Assembly: GCA_964596165.1 (NCBI GenBank)
Contig: CAZQTW010000014.1
Location: 19,219-83,218, forward strand
Source: an uncultured Planctomycetales bacterium
GTDB taxonomy: Bacteria; Planctomycetota; Phycisphaerae; UBA1845; JAFGLZ01
DNA length: 64,000 bases
Reading direction: 5' to 3'
The position numbers and the translations under genes are program-made. This document shows, piece by piece, positions 1 through 9,480 of the stretch. Below the pieces are notes generated by a model that was not told the DNA's origin, searched no databases, and saw only the letters and a list, made by a program, of their open reading frames with translations. Position 1 is the first letter of the stretch, and each line of letters opens with the position of its first letter.

Positions 1-709
1 AGTCGGTCGGGAAGGCATCGCAGATCCGCTTGAGGTAGGGGTGGGCGAACTCCCGATACTGATCCGGTCCGATCATTCCGACCACGTCATCCAGTATGAA
101 GATGCCCTCAATGCTTTCACCGACGACCTCGGCCTGGGCCTTCAGCCAGGCGATGATGGCCCGGGTGGTGAATTCCAGCAGCCGGTGAGCCCCCTTGGGA
201 TTGTCCAGGAGGTCAATGGTGAACTCGGTCAGTCCCCGGAAGAAGGAGGCCACACAAAGCGGGCCCCTCGCTGTGACTACGGGAATGGTGTAACCCGCAT
301 CGGCGATGCGTTGCCTTTGCGTCCGGTAGCGATGCAGCGCCAGGGCCATCATGCCGTCGGTGTGCGGATCCACCGGCGAGAGTTGATCGAGGTCTTCCAG
401 GTGAAAAAGCATGTGAGATTCGCTCGGCGTCTGGTCGGGCCAAAAGCGGATTCGCGCGCCCATTGCCGAGGGCTCGATCGCCATGCCGTATTCTACCCAC
501 CATGAGGGGAAGAAGATGACGTCCGGGAACTCTTCAATCACGCGGCGGTTGGCCTGAAACCACGCCTCCGGATCGAGATAGTAATCCAGGTGGCGGATGC
601 CCACGTGCCCCGGCAGCCACGGGCTATCGATGATCAGCGACAGGGGGATGTGGCCGACCGATTGTCCCTTGGCCGCCTTCTTGAATGTCTGCCATTGTTC
701 GGGTCGCAT
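1..709 (-). CDS. Uroporphyrinogen decarboxylase (URO-D)/MtaA-like family protein; C-terminal part lies beyond the window start
   Basis: Absent from the ORF track because there is no stop inside the window. Reverse translation from ATG 709-707 gives MRPEQWQTFKKAAKGQSVGHIPLSLIIDSPWLPGHVGIRHLDYYLDPEAWFQANRRVIEEFPDVIFFPSWWVEYGMAIEPSAMG...GIFILDDVVGMIGPDQYREFAHPYLKRI, stop-free to position 1. Same family look as the ORF at 34297-35475. Confidence 0.7.
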   Translation of the reverse strand, partial: MRPEQWQTFKKAAKGQSVGHIPLSLIIDSPWLPGHVGIRHLDYYLDPEAWFQANRRVIEEFPDVIFFPSWWVEYGMAIEPSAMGARIRFWPDQTPSESHMLFHLEDLDQLSPVDPHTDGMMALALHRYRTQRQRIADAGYTIPVVTARGPLCVASFFRGLTEFTIDLLDNPKGAHRLLEFTTRAIIAWLKAQAEVVGESIEGIFILDDVVGMIGPDQYREFAHPYLKRICDAFPTD

Positions 710-884
710 GCGGAATCCCTACCATTCCTTGCAGTATGGCGAAGAATACATTATCCATCCATTCGGCGTACCTTGACGGAGAAGGCCCGTTCGTTCGACG
801 ACTGGCAAGTCTAGCACAAGAGGCCTAGGATGTGACCTACCGGCAACCGGTGTTACTGACTCTCATGAGTTGGAGGATGGTACG

Positions 885-1856
885 ATGCATGATTCCGTTG
901 TGATCCCCAGTCTGATCATTTCACTGCTGACAGCCACCGCGGCGGCCGAATCGGCCGACCCGAGATTCAAACCAGTCGGCGAAGGCTGGTTTGCGTTCGA
1001 TACGGGTGTGGTTAAGGGCAGACTGCAATGCGACGGCAAGAGCCAGGGTATGCCGAGCTTCGTCGACGTCAAGACGGGCACGGAACTGGCTTATGGGGGA
1101 GGCAATCCCGGAATCATGAGCTTCTACCGGCTCTTCTCGGCGGGCAAGCGATGGGGCGACATGCAAAAGGGTGATACCTTCCGCGGCTGGCCACAGACGT
1201 CCCAGCTTCTTTCAGACGGCGGTGTCTCGATCCACTGGCCGGCGGCCGAGGACCATCCCGTCGAGGTGACCGCTACGTTCCGTTGGGTTGATCCGAGTAC
1301 GTTGGATGTGGAGACCGTTGTCAAACCGAAGGTCGACATGCCGGCGTTCGAGATCTTCATCTCCTCCTATTTCAGCAACAGCTTCCAGAACTTCGTTTAC
1401 GTTCAGCCGCCGCGTTTCGCCCCGGGCAAACCGCATTTTCTCGCCCCGCATGGGGATCCGATGGTGATCGGTACCTACATGGCCTATCCACGTGACCTGC
1501 GCGCCGCTCAGATGATCTATGACGGGCGTTGGGAACAAGGACATAGCCCCGTGCAGTGGTCCGTCACGCGATTCATCGCCGCCCCGCTGGCCCTCATGCG
1601 GGACGGCAAGAGCGACATCACCGTTGTTCAAATGACTCGCCCACAAGATTGCTTTGCCGTCGAGATGCCGTATAACCTGACTCCCCCGGACGGTGTGGCC
1701 GGCCATCGTTCGATCTACTTCTCACTCTTCGGCGGCGATCTGAAGGCCGGTGAGTCCGCGCGGGCGCTGACCCGTACGATCGTCGGACGCGACATCACCG
1801 ATGAGAAGGCATTGGAGGCATACGCGACGTTCGTTGGGCAGACGAAAGGAAACTGA
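885..1856 (+). CDS. Secreted hypothetical protein (N-terminal signal peptide)
   Basis: 328-codon ORF. ATG 885 is preceded by GGAGGA at 7 nt spacing. N-terminus MHDSVVIPSLIISLLTATAAAES looks like a signal peptide. I recognise no family motif. Confidence 0.6.
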   Translation: MHDSVVIPSLIISLLTATAAAESADPRFKPVGEGWFAFDTGVVKGRLQCDGKSQGMPSFVDVKTGTELAYGGGNPGIMSFYRLFSAGKRWGDMQKGDTFRGWPQTSQLLSDGGVSIHWPAAEDHPVEVTATFRWVDPSTLDVETVVKPKVDMPAFEIFISSYFSNSFQNFVYVQPPRFAPGKPHFLAPHGDPMVIGTYMAYPRDLRAAQMIYDGRWEQGHSPVQWSVTRFIAAPLALMRDGKSDITVVQMTRPQDCFAVEMPYNLTPPDGVAGHRSIYFSLFGGDLKAGESARALTRTIVGRDITDEKALEAYATFVGQTKGN

Positions 1857-2084
1857 GATGGTGGCGTTTCACCGTGGCAGTGCCCAAGGTTCAAGACCGA
1901 TCCTTTCGACGAAGGCGGTAGCGCGTTGATCCGGTGCCCCGCGGCGGCACGTCGGCCAGTCGTTCGTGGGTATCCCGATGTCCTCCAGACCGCTGGACCC
2001 CGTTCTGCCTCGACGTTATGATGCCGCGACAATCAGGGGGTGGAGTTAGGGATTAGGGCGGCCTTCGCGCCTTCAGGAGTGAGT

Positions 2085-3614
2085 ATGCTCGTAGAGAGTC
2101 TTTTGGCTTCTGCTGAACGGTACCCCGACCGCGTGGCCGTGTCCGACGAACTGGGCATGGAGTTGACTTACGCACGGCTGGTTCGTGTCGCGGGCGTGAT
2201 CAAGAAGATCATCGAGAAAGAAACGAACTGTCCCCGGGTGGGTATCTTTCTTCCTTCCTCGGCGGGATTTGCCATTACCTGGTACGGCATCCTTTGGGCC
2301 GGTCGGGTCGCGGTTCCCTTGAATTTGCTTCTCCATCCGGACGAGCTGAAGCGGGTCGTTGAGGACTCCGGGATCGACACGGTCGTTACCATTCGCTTCC
2401 CTCAGGCAGTTGCCCAGCTTAATCAGACGGTCGAGCGGCTTCCGGTCAACAAGATCTATCTGGGCGATCTGCCGCTGAAACGGAAGGTCGTCACGTCCTT
2501 CTTCCTGCCGCAGCCGCGCCTGCCGCGTGTTGAGCCGGATGATCTGGCCACGCTGCTCTATACGTCCGGAACCGCGGGAGAACCCAAGGGCGTCATGCTG
2601 ACGCACAGGAACCTCCAGGAGAATGCTTTCGGGTGTATCGAACACCTGAAACCGGATCCGGACCAGCGGTTCCTGGGTTTGTTGCCGCTGTTTCACAGCT
2701 TTGGGCTCACCACGATGATGGTCGTGCCTATCACGTTGGGTTCGACGGTCCATTACCTGCCCAGGTTTGTACCGGCTCAGGTGGTGCGGACCATCTCGCA
2801 GCAACGAAGTTCAATGGTCTTCGCCATCGCGAGCATGTACTCCGCCCTCGTCCGACTGAAGAGCGCCACGCCGGAAGACCTCAAGAGCATTCAACTACCC
2901 ATCAGCGGAGGGGAGGCGCTGCCGCCGGCCCTCTACAAGGCCTGGCTCGACCGGTTCGGCTTTCCGTTGCTGGAAGGCTACGGTCTGACGGAGACCTCGC
3001 CTGTCGTCTCGGTGAATCCGCCCTGGGCGAATCGTAACGGCACGGCCGGCAAGCTGCTGCCCAACGTCGAGGCCCGAACGATCGACGATGCCGGGAACCC
3101 CCTTCCACCCGGGACCGTCGGCGAGATCGTTATCCGCGGCTATCTGATCATGAAAGGTTACTACAACCGGCCGGTGGAGACGGCCGCCGTCATCGACAAG
3201 GACGGTTGGTTCAAGACCGGCGACATGGGCTGGGTTGACGCCGACCGCTACATCGCCATCACGGGTCGCAAGAAGGAGATGATCATCGTGAGCGGCGAAA
3301 ACGTCTATCCACGTGAGATCGAGTCGGTGCTCGAACAGCATCCGGCGGTGGCCGAGTCGGCGGTCATTCCCGAGAAGGTCGGCGGCACGCGAGGTGAGGT
3401 GCCCGTCGGCTTCGTGATTCTCAAGGAAGGCCAGACGACCACGGATGCGGATCTCCGCGACTTCTGCCGAAACCACTTGCCCCAATACAAGGTTCCCCGG
3501 GTCGTCTGGATCGCCCAGCAATTGCCTCGCGGTCCCACCGGGAAGATCCTGAAGCGAGCACTCGACCCGGCCGGACCCCCCCAGTCGTCCGGTGCGGCGC
3601 CCACGACAGATTGA
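2085..3614 (+). CDS. AMP-dependent synthetase/ligase (acyl-CoA or acyl-ACP synthetase, Aas/FadD-like), paralogue 1
   Basis: AMP-binding motifs LLYTSGTAGEPKGVMLTH, YGLTETSP, GWFKTGDMG, ITGRKKEMIIVSGENVYP and PRGPTGKILKR. ATG 2085 follows CAGGAG and aligns with the N-terminus of the downstream paralogue (MLVESLL vs MLIEALL). Confidence 0.9.
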   Translation: MLVESLLASAERYPDRVAVSDELGMELTYARLVRVAGVIKKIIEKETNCPRVGIFLPSSAGFAITWYGILWAGRVAVPLNLLLHPDELKRVVEDSGIDTVVTIRFPQAVAQLNQTVERLPVNKIYLGDLPLKRKVVTSFFLPQPRLPRVEPDDLATLLYTSGTAGEPKGVMLTHRNLQENAFGCIEHLKPDPDQRFLGLLPLFHSFGLTTMMVVPITLGSTVHYLPRFVPAQVVRTISQQRSSMVFAIASMYSALVRLKSATPEDLKSIQLPISGGEALPPALYKAWLDRFGFPLLEGYGLTETSPVVSVNPPWANRNGTAGKLLPNVEARTIDDAGNPLPPGTVGEIVIRGYLIMKGYYNRPVETAAVIDKDGWFKTGDMGWVDADRYIAITGRKKEMIIVSGENVYPREIESVLEQHPAVAESAVIPEKVGGTRGEVPVGFVILKEGQTTTDADLRDFCRNHLPQYKVPRVVWIAQQLPRGPTGKILKRALDPAGPPQSSGAAPTTD

Positions 3615-3668
3615 GGAGCTGGGAAGTCCCTTGAGGAAAGTCAATCATTCTTTTCTGCGAAGGCAAGC

Positions 3669-5186
3669 ATGCTTATAGAAGCCCTCCTATCGTCGGCTGA
3701 CCGATTCCCGGATCGATTGGCCGTGGCCGATCCTTTCGGAATGGAAGTTACCTACTCGCGCCTGGTTCACTTGGCCGACGTAATCAAACGGGCCGTCGAG
3801 AAGGGCACCCATTGCGAGAGGGTGGGGATCTTCGGTCCTTCGTCCGTCGGATATGTCCTGACTTGGTATGGTATTATCTGGGCCGGCCGCGCCGCCGTTC
3901 CGCTCAATCTGCTTCTGCATCCCGACGAACTGCGCAGGATCATCGCCGATGCCCAGATCGACTTGATCGTTACCGGTCGTTTTCCTCCGGAGTTCAATCA
4001 CTTGAACGACGTGGTGGACCACCTGCCCGTCCGCAAGATCGTCCTGGATGATCTGCCCCTGAGGCAGAGGACTGCCGGCGGTGACGTCGCACCGTCGTTG
4101 CGTCCTCCGAAGGTCGGTCCGGACGATGTGGCTGTGATCCTCTATACCTCCGGGACATCCGGCGAGCCCAAGGGCGTCATGCTGACGCACAAGAACCTCG
4201 ACGGCAACGCTCGGGGCTGTATTGCGCACCTTCGCCCCGGGCCCGACCAGCGATACCTCGGCGTGCTGCCGCTCTTTCACAGTTTCGGCATGACCACGAT
4301 GATGGTCATGCCCATTACGTTGGGGGCGAGCGTCTTTTACATACCGAGATTTCAGCCGGCTCAGGTCATCAAAGCCATCGCCACCCAACGATCCACGATG
4401 GTCTATGCCATCGCGAGCATGTGTTCGGCCATGTTGCGTGTCAAGAGCGCCACGCCCGAGGACTTCAAGAGCATCGAGGCCTTCATTACCGGCGGCGAGG
4501 CTTTGCCTCCGGAGTTGTACAAGGCTTGGTTGGAGCGGTTCGGGTTCCCGCTGCTCGAAGGGTATGGCCTGACCGAGACGTCGCCGGTGGTTTCGTTCAA
4601 TCGACCCTGGGCAAACCACCCGGGAACGGCGGGCCAGCTTCTGCCGGGCGTCGAGGCCCGGACAATTGACGAGGATGGCAGTCCATTGCCGCCCGGGAAT
4701 ACCGGCGAGATCGCCGTTCGCGGCAGCATTGTGATGAAGGGCTACTACAACAAGCCCCGGGAGACCGCCGCCGTTTTGGACAAGGACGGATGGTTCAAAA
4801 CCGGCGACATGGGCTGGGTCGACGCGGAGGGTTACGTTGCCATCACCGGCCGCAAGAAGGAAATGATCATCGTCAGCGGCGAGAACGTATATCCTCGCGA
4901 GATCGAGGCCGTGCTTGAACGGCACCCGGCCGTTGCCGAATCGGCGGTCATCCCTGAGAAGGTCGGCGGCACCCGCGGCGAAGTGCCGGTCGGTTTCGTT
5001 ATCCTCAAGGAGGGGCACACCACCAACGACCACGAACTCCGCGAGTTCTGCCGCAAACACCTGCCCCAGTATAAAGTCCCGAAAACGGTCTGGATCGCCG
5101 AACAGCTTCCTCGCGGTCCGACCGGCAAGATCCTGAAGCGGGCTCTGTGTTCGGCCGGTCCGCCTCGGCCGGCGGCAGGGAACTGA
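3669..5186 (+). CDS. AMP-dependent synthetase/ligase, paralogue 2 (tandem duplicate)
   Basis: Same motif set (ILYTSGTSGEPKGVMLTH, YGLTETSP, GWFKTGDMG, PRGPTGKILKR). Colinear with 2085-3614 over its whole length. Confidence 0.9.
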   Translation: MLIEALLSSADRFPDRLAVADPFGMEVTYSRLVHLADVIKRAVEKGTHCERVGIFGPSSVGYVLTWYGIIWAGRAAVPLNLLLHPDELRRIIADAQIDLIVTGRFPPEFNHLNDVVDHLPVRKIVLDDLPLRQRTAGGDVAPSLRPPKVGPDDVAVILYTSGTSGEPKGVMLTHKNLDGNARGCIAHLRPGPDQRYLGVLPLFHSFGMTTMMVMPITLGASVFYIPRFQPAQVIKAIATQRSTMVYAIASMCSAMLRVKSATPEDFKSIEAFITGGEALPPELYKAWLERFGFPLLEGYGLTETSPVVSFNRPWANHPGTAGQLLPGVEARTIDEDGSPLPPGNTGEIAVRGSIVMKGYYNKPRETAAVLDKDGWFKTGDMGWVDAEGYVAITGRKKEMIIVSGENVYPREIEAVLERHPAVAESAVIPEKVGGTRGEVPVGFVILKEGHTTNDHELREFCRKHLPQYKVPKTVWIAEQLPRGPTGKILKRALCSAGPPRPAAGN

Positions 5187-5286
5187 GCGGACCGAGAGCA
5201 AATGACGGGGCCATGCGGGGGGCGTGAGGATTCTGATGGTCGCATCCTCCGTCTCCGTGAGACCGGCGCGGCGAAAGGACCGATCG

Positions 5287-7194
5287 CTACTGAATGGCCG
5301 AATGCGATGCGGTCGTTGTGGAGGGTTTGCTTGCGGGCGCCGACGTCGCGCCCGTATTCCACGCATTGGTGATGACGATCAGCGCGTCGTCGGGGTCTCG
5401 CGGATTGACTTCCACGCGGCAAACCTCGCGGTAGGTCAAGTCCTGCATTCCCTTGATCATTCCCCATTGCTCAAGCTTGTCGGCTTCGACAATGATGTAT
5501 TCCTTTCGCCGGCTGTTCAGCATCTGCTTGAGGCGGTGGGCACCTTCGACCAGGACTTCACCGGGGACTTCCAGCCGTCCGCGCCGGCGCGCCGCCATCT
5601 CAAGTTCAGTGAACACGGGACGGATCTTCATGCCTGAGTGATAGACCACCCGCGCGTCCGCCCGGCCGATCGCCCAGGTAATGCGGTCTTCCGGTCCCAC
5701 ATTCAGACGTTTGAGTTCGTCCGCCAGTTTGACCGCCTCCCGCTTAAAATCGGCACGGCCCAGCATCGACCACGACCATGCGAATACGGTGAGCGTTGTC
5801 AGCGACAGCGCGCCCAGACTGGCCAACCGGCGGCGCGAGACGAACAGCCAACCGGTTGATATGGTACCAATAATCAGCAACACCGCTCCCGGCCACGTGA
5901 CGCGAGTGAGGCCCGGTTCGTCCTTAGAGAACATATAGAGTCCGATCGGCAGACCGATGACCAAGGCCCCGACAATTCCAATCACCGCCGCACGCACCCG
6001 TTTCACGTCGAACGTTCGCGGGGCCAGAAACAGCCGATCGATGACCGGCGCCAACAAAAGGCACAGTCCGGGAACGACGGGGAGCAGGTAATGGGGTCGC
6101 TTAAAGGCAGAGGTGCTCAGAAAGACAACCTGAGCCGCTACCCAGGTGAATGCGAAGAGAAGTCCGGCCCGCTCCTTGCGGTAGGCCTTGAGAAACGGCG
6201 CCGCCAATGCCTCCGGTAGTGAAAGGCAGAACGGGACCATAACGCCGAATGCGAGAGGCAGATAGTACCACCACGGTTCCGGCTTCTCATCCAACATGCC
6301 GGCATAGCGGTCGACGAATTCGGTTCGCCACAGTGCAATGGCGTTCTCCACCTTGAAGTAGACGTACAGAGGCCACAGCGACGCCAATACGAGGAAAAGG
6401 ATGATTCCCGGTATCAGCCAGAGTTGAGGCAGACGACGGAATTGCCGGACCAGCGCTCGTCCCAGTTGAACAAGCGGTGAACCGTCGCGACCTTCAATTC
6501 GTGAGTGTTGGATAAGCCCCTTGGCCAGCGGTACGGTCCCGAACCAGTAGACGAACAACGACGCGCCGACTAGTGCCAACGGCAACGGTGCCTTGGCGAG
6601 CATCGCCAACGAAAGCATTACATAGAACGCGATCATGTAGCGAGTGCGGCGGCTGGGCCGTCGAATTCCGAACCAAAATGCTGCCATCGCACAGGCCATG
6701 AACATCGTTGTCAGCATCTCGGTTTGGGCATTATGTGAGAAGAACAGGGTCGCGATGCAGCACCCCATAATCAGTGCGCCCACCAGTCCCGTTCGCCGGC
6801 CGTACATCGATTGCCCCATTCGGCAAACGACCCATACCGCGAGGATCGCCGCGATGGCCGAGGGAAGGCGTGAGGCCATGACGCTGACCGGCGGGTTCAG
6901 ATGCTTGGGATCGACCAGGCGCGATGCTATCGCTACGAGCCAGGGCTGCAAGGGGGGCTTTCGGATGAACGGCACATCGTTGAAGGTCGGTATCAGCCAG
7001 TGTCCCGTCTGTCGGATTTCCCGGGCGCACTGTGCGACAATCGCCTCGTGGTCGCCCAAGACTGGTCCGCCACTCAGGCCCCACAGGGCGCCAAACGAGG
7101 CCAACACCAGTACTGCCACCACGCCGACGCGGCTCGGTTGTTGCGATATCTCCTCGGGGAACGGCAACTCAGACAGTCTGCCCTCTTCGCCCAT
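5287..7194 (-). CDS. ArnT/PMT-like (GT39/GT83-type) polytopic membrane glycosyltransferase
   Basis: 635 aa. The N-terminal half is multi-TM with the family-typical early loop (GDHEAIVAQCAREIRQTGHWLIPTFNDVPFIRKPPLQPW) and MLAKAPLPL segments. The C-terminal domain is soluble. Confidence 0.75.
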   Translation of the reverse strand: MGEEGRLSELPFPEEISQQPSRVGVVAVLVLASFGALWGLSGGPVLGDHEAIVAQCAREIRQTGHWLIPTFNDVPFIRKPPLQPWLVAIASRLVDPKHLNPPVSVMASRLPSAIAAILAVWVVCRMGQSMYGRRTGLVGALIMGCCIATLFFSHNAQTEMLTTMFMACAMAAFWFGIRRPSRRTRYMIAFYVMLSLAMLAKAPLPLALVGASLFVYWFGTVPLAKGLIQHSRIEGRDGSPLVQLGRALVRQFRRLPQLWLIPGIILFLVLASLWPLYVYFKVENAIALWRTEFVDRYAGMLDEKPEPWWYYLPLAFGVMVPFCLSLPEALAAPFLKAYRKERAGLLFAFTWVAAQVVFLSTSAFKRPHYLLPVVPGLCLLLAPVIDRLFLAPRTFDVKRVRAAVIGIVGALVIGLPIGLYMFSKDEPGLTRVTWPGAVLLIIGTISTGWLFVSRRRLASLGALSLTTLTVFAWSWSMLGRADFKREAVKLADELKRLNVGPEDRITWAIGRADARVVYHSGMKIRPVFTELEMAARRRGRLEVPGEVLVEGAHRLKQMLNSRRKEYIIVEADKLEQWGMIKGMQDLTYREVCRVEVNPRDPDDALIVITNAWNTGATSAPASKPSTTTASHSAIQ

Positions 7195-7417
7195 GATGCG
7201 CGTCCGCCTTTCGTTGTGGCGAACGACTCCCGCCGGTCGCCGGTGTGTGAACCGGGTGGATTCTATCGTATTTCCGGCAAGAGGAGAATCGCCGAGTCCT
7301 TTTTGGCGCAGGGGTCCTGCAATCGCCCCGGGGCTTGGGTCGGAGGCTTGTGTGTGGCGAGGAGGGGGGATATGCTGTGTGTGTTGTCGATGAGATCAGC
7401 AGGTTTGAGATCGTTCC

Positions 7418-7612
7418 ATGGCCGATGAACAAGCAAAACAGCAGGGGACTCTCTCAGGAACTCCGCAGCCCGACCCGTTTGAAGGCGTGCCCCCGGGCTG
7501 TTCTCCGCCTCGGCCAAGCTGGCCGCTGGTGTTGGCAGTCCTGGGCTACATTGTATGGGTTGCGCTACTGCTGATCTTGATGGTCATTCGCTTACGCACG
7601 TCGGTGGTCTAG
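7418..7612 (+). CDS. Small hypothetical membrane protein (one C-terminal TM helix)
   Basis: 64-codon ORF with a Pro-rich N-terminus followed by WPLVLAVLGYIVWVALLLILMVI. It sits immediately upstream of the next plus-strand gene. The RBS is weak. Confidence 0.4.
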   Translation: MADEQAKQQGTLSGTPQPDPFEGVPPGCSPPRPSWPLVLAVLGYIVWVALLLILMVIRLRTSVV

Positions 7613-7626
7613 CGCATCACGCGGAC

Positions 7627-9444
7627 ATGACCTTTACCAACGGCACGTTGCTACCGGATGATGCATGGCAACGTAACCTCTCCGCACTCCGCCACATGGA
7701 TCCGGATCTGGCGAATTGCCTGGCCGCCTTGCCTCTGCCTCCCATGGCCGTTCCAGCCGTCGGCCGAGATGGTTCGAGCACCTTCAAGCTCCGAACCCCG
7801 CACGGGGAACACTGGTTGGGCTTCACGTCCATGCCGACGATCAGCGGGCCGGCGCTGTTGGCGAACTTCGACCCCGGCGGCGGCAATGTTGCGCTGCCGG
7901 GGATCGGCCAGGGCACTGAAGCGCGGTTGCTGACGGAACGGCTCGGTCGCAACCGTGCGGTTTTCGTCCTGGAATCCGATCTCGGCCTGCTACGATTGGC
8001 CTTGCACGTCCACGATCTGGCGGCGGCCATCGAACAGGGCCGACTGGTGTTCATCGTGGGGCCCAACCTCGAGGAATCGCTCGTGGGCTTCTTTGAACGG
8101 CACGACGGATATCTGGTGCCCGAGCGGATGCTGAGTTGGCCTTGGATGGAGCCACCGGCCCTCAACGAAATGACGCTGGTCCTTCAGCGTGCCGTGACGC
8201 GAATCAACCGACGGCGGTCGAGTATGTTGGGCGAAATCAGCCTTCAGCTTGAGGGGCTTTACGCGACACCTCCGGTCCTCGCCGAGAAACCCAGGACGCT
8301 CGTGGTCTGTCCGCATCCCCATGGCGACGCTCACCGTCTGGCCGGCGAACTGCAATCGGGACTGAACGACGCGGACTGGCCATGCGAGGTGTGGCTTGGG
8401 GACAGTCCCGGCATGGTTCACCCGCTGTCGCTGGCCGGACGGATCGTGAGGTTTCATCCTGAGCTCGCGATTCTGGTCGATTCGATCCGCGGGGCGTTTG
8501 GCCCAGTGATTCCGGCGGCACTTCCGATAGCCACCTGGATGACCCGTGGGGCAAGGTTCACTCGAAAGGCGGTTGAAGGAATCGGACCGAAAGACCGTGT
8601 CTTCTGCATGTCGAGCGGAACGATTAGGGACCTTGAGGAGGCCGGCGCCGCCTCCGCCCAACTGAGCCGGCTTCCCCCGGCGGTCTTGGCCGTCGGACCG
8701 GCGTCGGAGCAGGACTCACACGTCAGAGAATACGGTGTGATTGCCGTGGCGAATGCCCCGTCGCTGGACCCCGAGGCGAACGGTCTGTCCCTGGAAAGTC
8801 ATCGGGCCGTTTGGCGGCTGGTCGAGCAGCGCATCCGCGAAGGGGCTGAACACTACACCGACGGCGATGTCGAGCGTATCCTGCATCAGGTGGAGAACGA
8901 TACGGGGGCCCGATTCGGTGATCCGATTGTCCGTCGAGAGCTTTGCGATCAGATCAATACGGTGCTGGCTCAAACCATTGTTCGAACGGCGGTCTTCGAG
9001 TCGCTGCTGCGCGCCGGGATCGACCTTACCGTTTGGGGTTGGGGCTGGAAGGCTCATCCCAGGATCGGAACGGCGTGTCGCGGACCGGCGCCGAACAGCG
9101 ACTTTGCCGGCCTGTGCGCCCGCGCCCGTATGGTTCTTTACGTCGACGTCACGGGGAACGTCGCGACCGACCTGCTCGTGGCGGCCGCGTCGGGCGCGGT
9201 CGTGCTTGCCAGGGCACACCCGACCGACCAAGGTCCGACCGGGCTGGCGTCATTGTTGGCGCCGGGACGCGACCTGCTGATCTTCAGGCGCCACAGCGAG
9301 GCGGTCCATCACGTCAAGCGGCTGCTCGGAGACGAGTCCGCGCGACGGGCGATGGCGGAACGAACGCGATCGCTAATCGCGGAGCATCATACGATGCGAC
9401 ATCGTCTGGAGTTCCTGAGACGTGCGATGGTCAAGATGTTGTAG
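7627..9444 (+). CDS. Hypothetical protein with Maf-like N-terminal region and CgeB/DUF3880-like glycosyltransferase C-terminal domain
   Basis: N-terminus NLSALRHMDPDLANCL...VFVLESDLGLLRLAL resembles motility-accessory-factor family N-termini. C-terminus VLYVDVTGNVATDLLVAAASGAVVLA...LLIFRRHSEAVHHVKRLLGDESARRAMAERTRSLIAEHHTMRHRLEFL resembles the CgeB-type GT1-like domain. Start ATG 7627 is chosen inside the longer track ORF (7555). Confidence 0.65.
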   Translation: MTFTNGTLLPDDAWQRNLSALRHMDPDLANCLAALPLPPMAVPAVGRDGSSTFKLRTPHGEHWLGFTSMPTISGPALLANFDPGGGNVALPGIGQGTEARLLTERLGRNRAVFVLESDLGLLRLALHVHDLAAAIEQGRLVFIVGPNLEESLVGFFERHDGYLVPERMLSWPWMEPPALNEMTLVLQRAVTRINRRRSSMLGEISLQLEGLYATPPVLAEKPRTLVVCPHPHGDAHRLAGELQSGLNDADWPCEVWLGDSPGMVHPLSLAGRIVRFHPELAILVDSIRGAFGPVIPAALPIATWMTRGARFTRKAVEGIGPKDRVFCMSSGTIRDLEEAGAASAQLSRLPPAVLAVGPASEQDSHVREYGVIAVANAPSLDPEANGLSLESHRAVWRLVEQRIREGAEHYTDGDVERILHQVENDTGARFGDPIVRRELCDQINTVLAQTIVRTAVFESLLRAGIDLTVWGWGWKAHPRIGTACRGPAPNSDFAGLCARARMVLYVDVTGNVATDLLVAAASGAVVLARAHPTDQGPTGLASLLAPGRDLLIFRRHSEAVHHVKRLLGDESARRAMAERTRSLIAEHHTMRHRLEFLRRAMVKML

Positions 9445-9480
9445 ATCACCGGCTGGTTTGCGGTGGTGGATCATACCGGC

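Noticed and set aside
41-505. 154-codon plus-strand ORF at the window start
   Set aside because: It is antisense to the clearly recognisable URO-D-like gene that runs from 709 off the left edge, and it has no motif content.
3687-5366. 559-codon minus-strand ORF antisense to the second acyl-AMP ligase. Other very long antisense ORFs are 14880-16241, 22412-23656, 27645-29195, 31201-33204, 34342-35514, 36436-37605 and 58125-59756.
   Set aside because: These are shadow ORFs of GC-rich coding regions. Their translations are Arg/Gly/Pro/Asp-rich with no family motifs, and the opposite strand carries unambiguous conserved domains.
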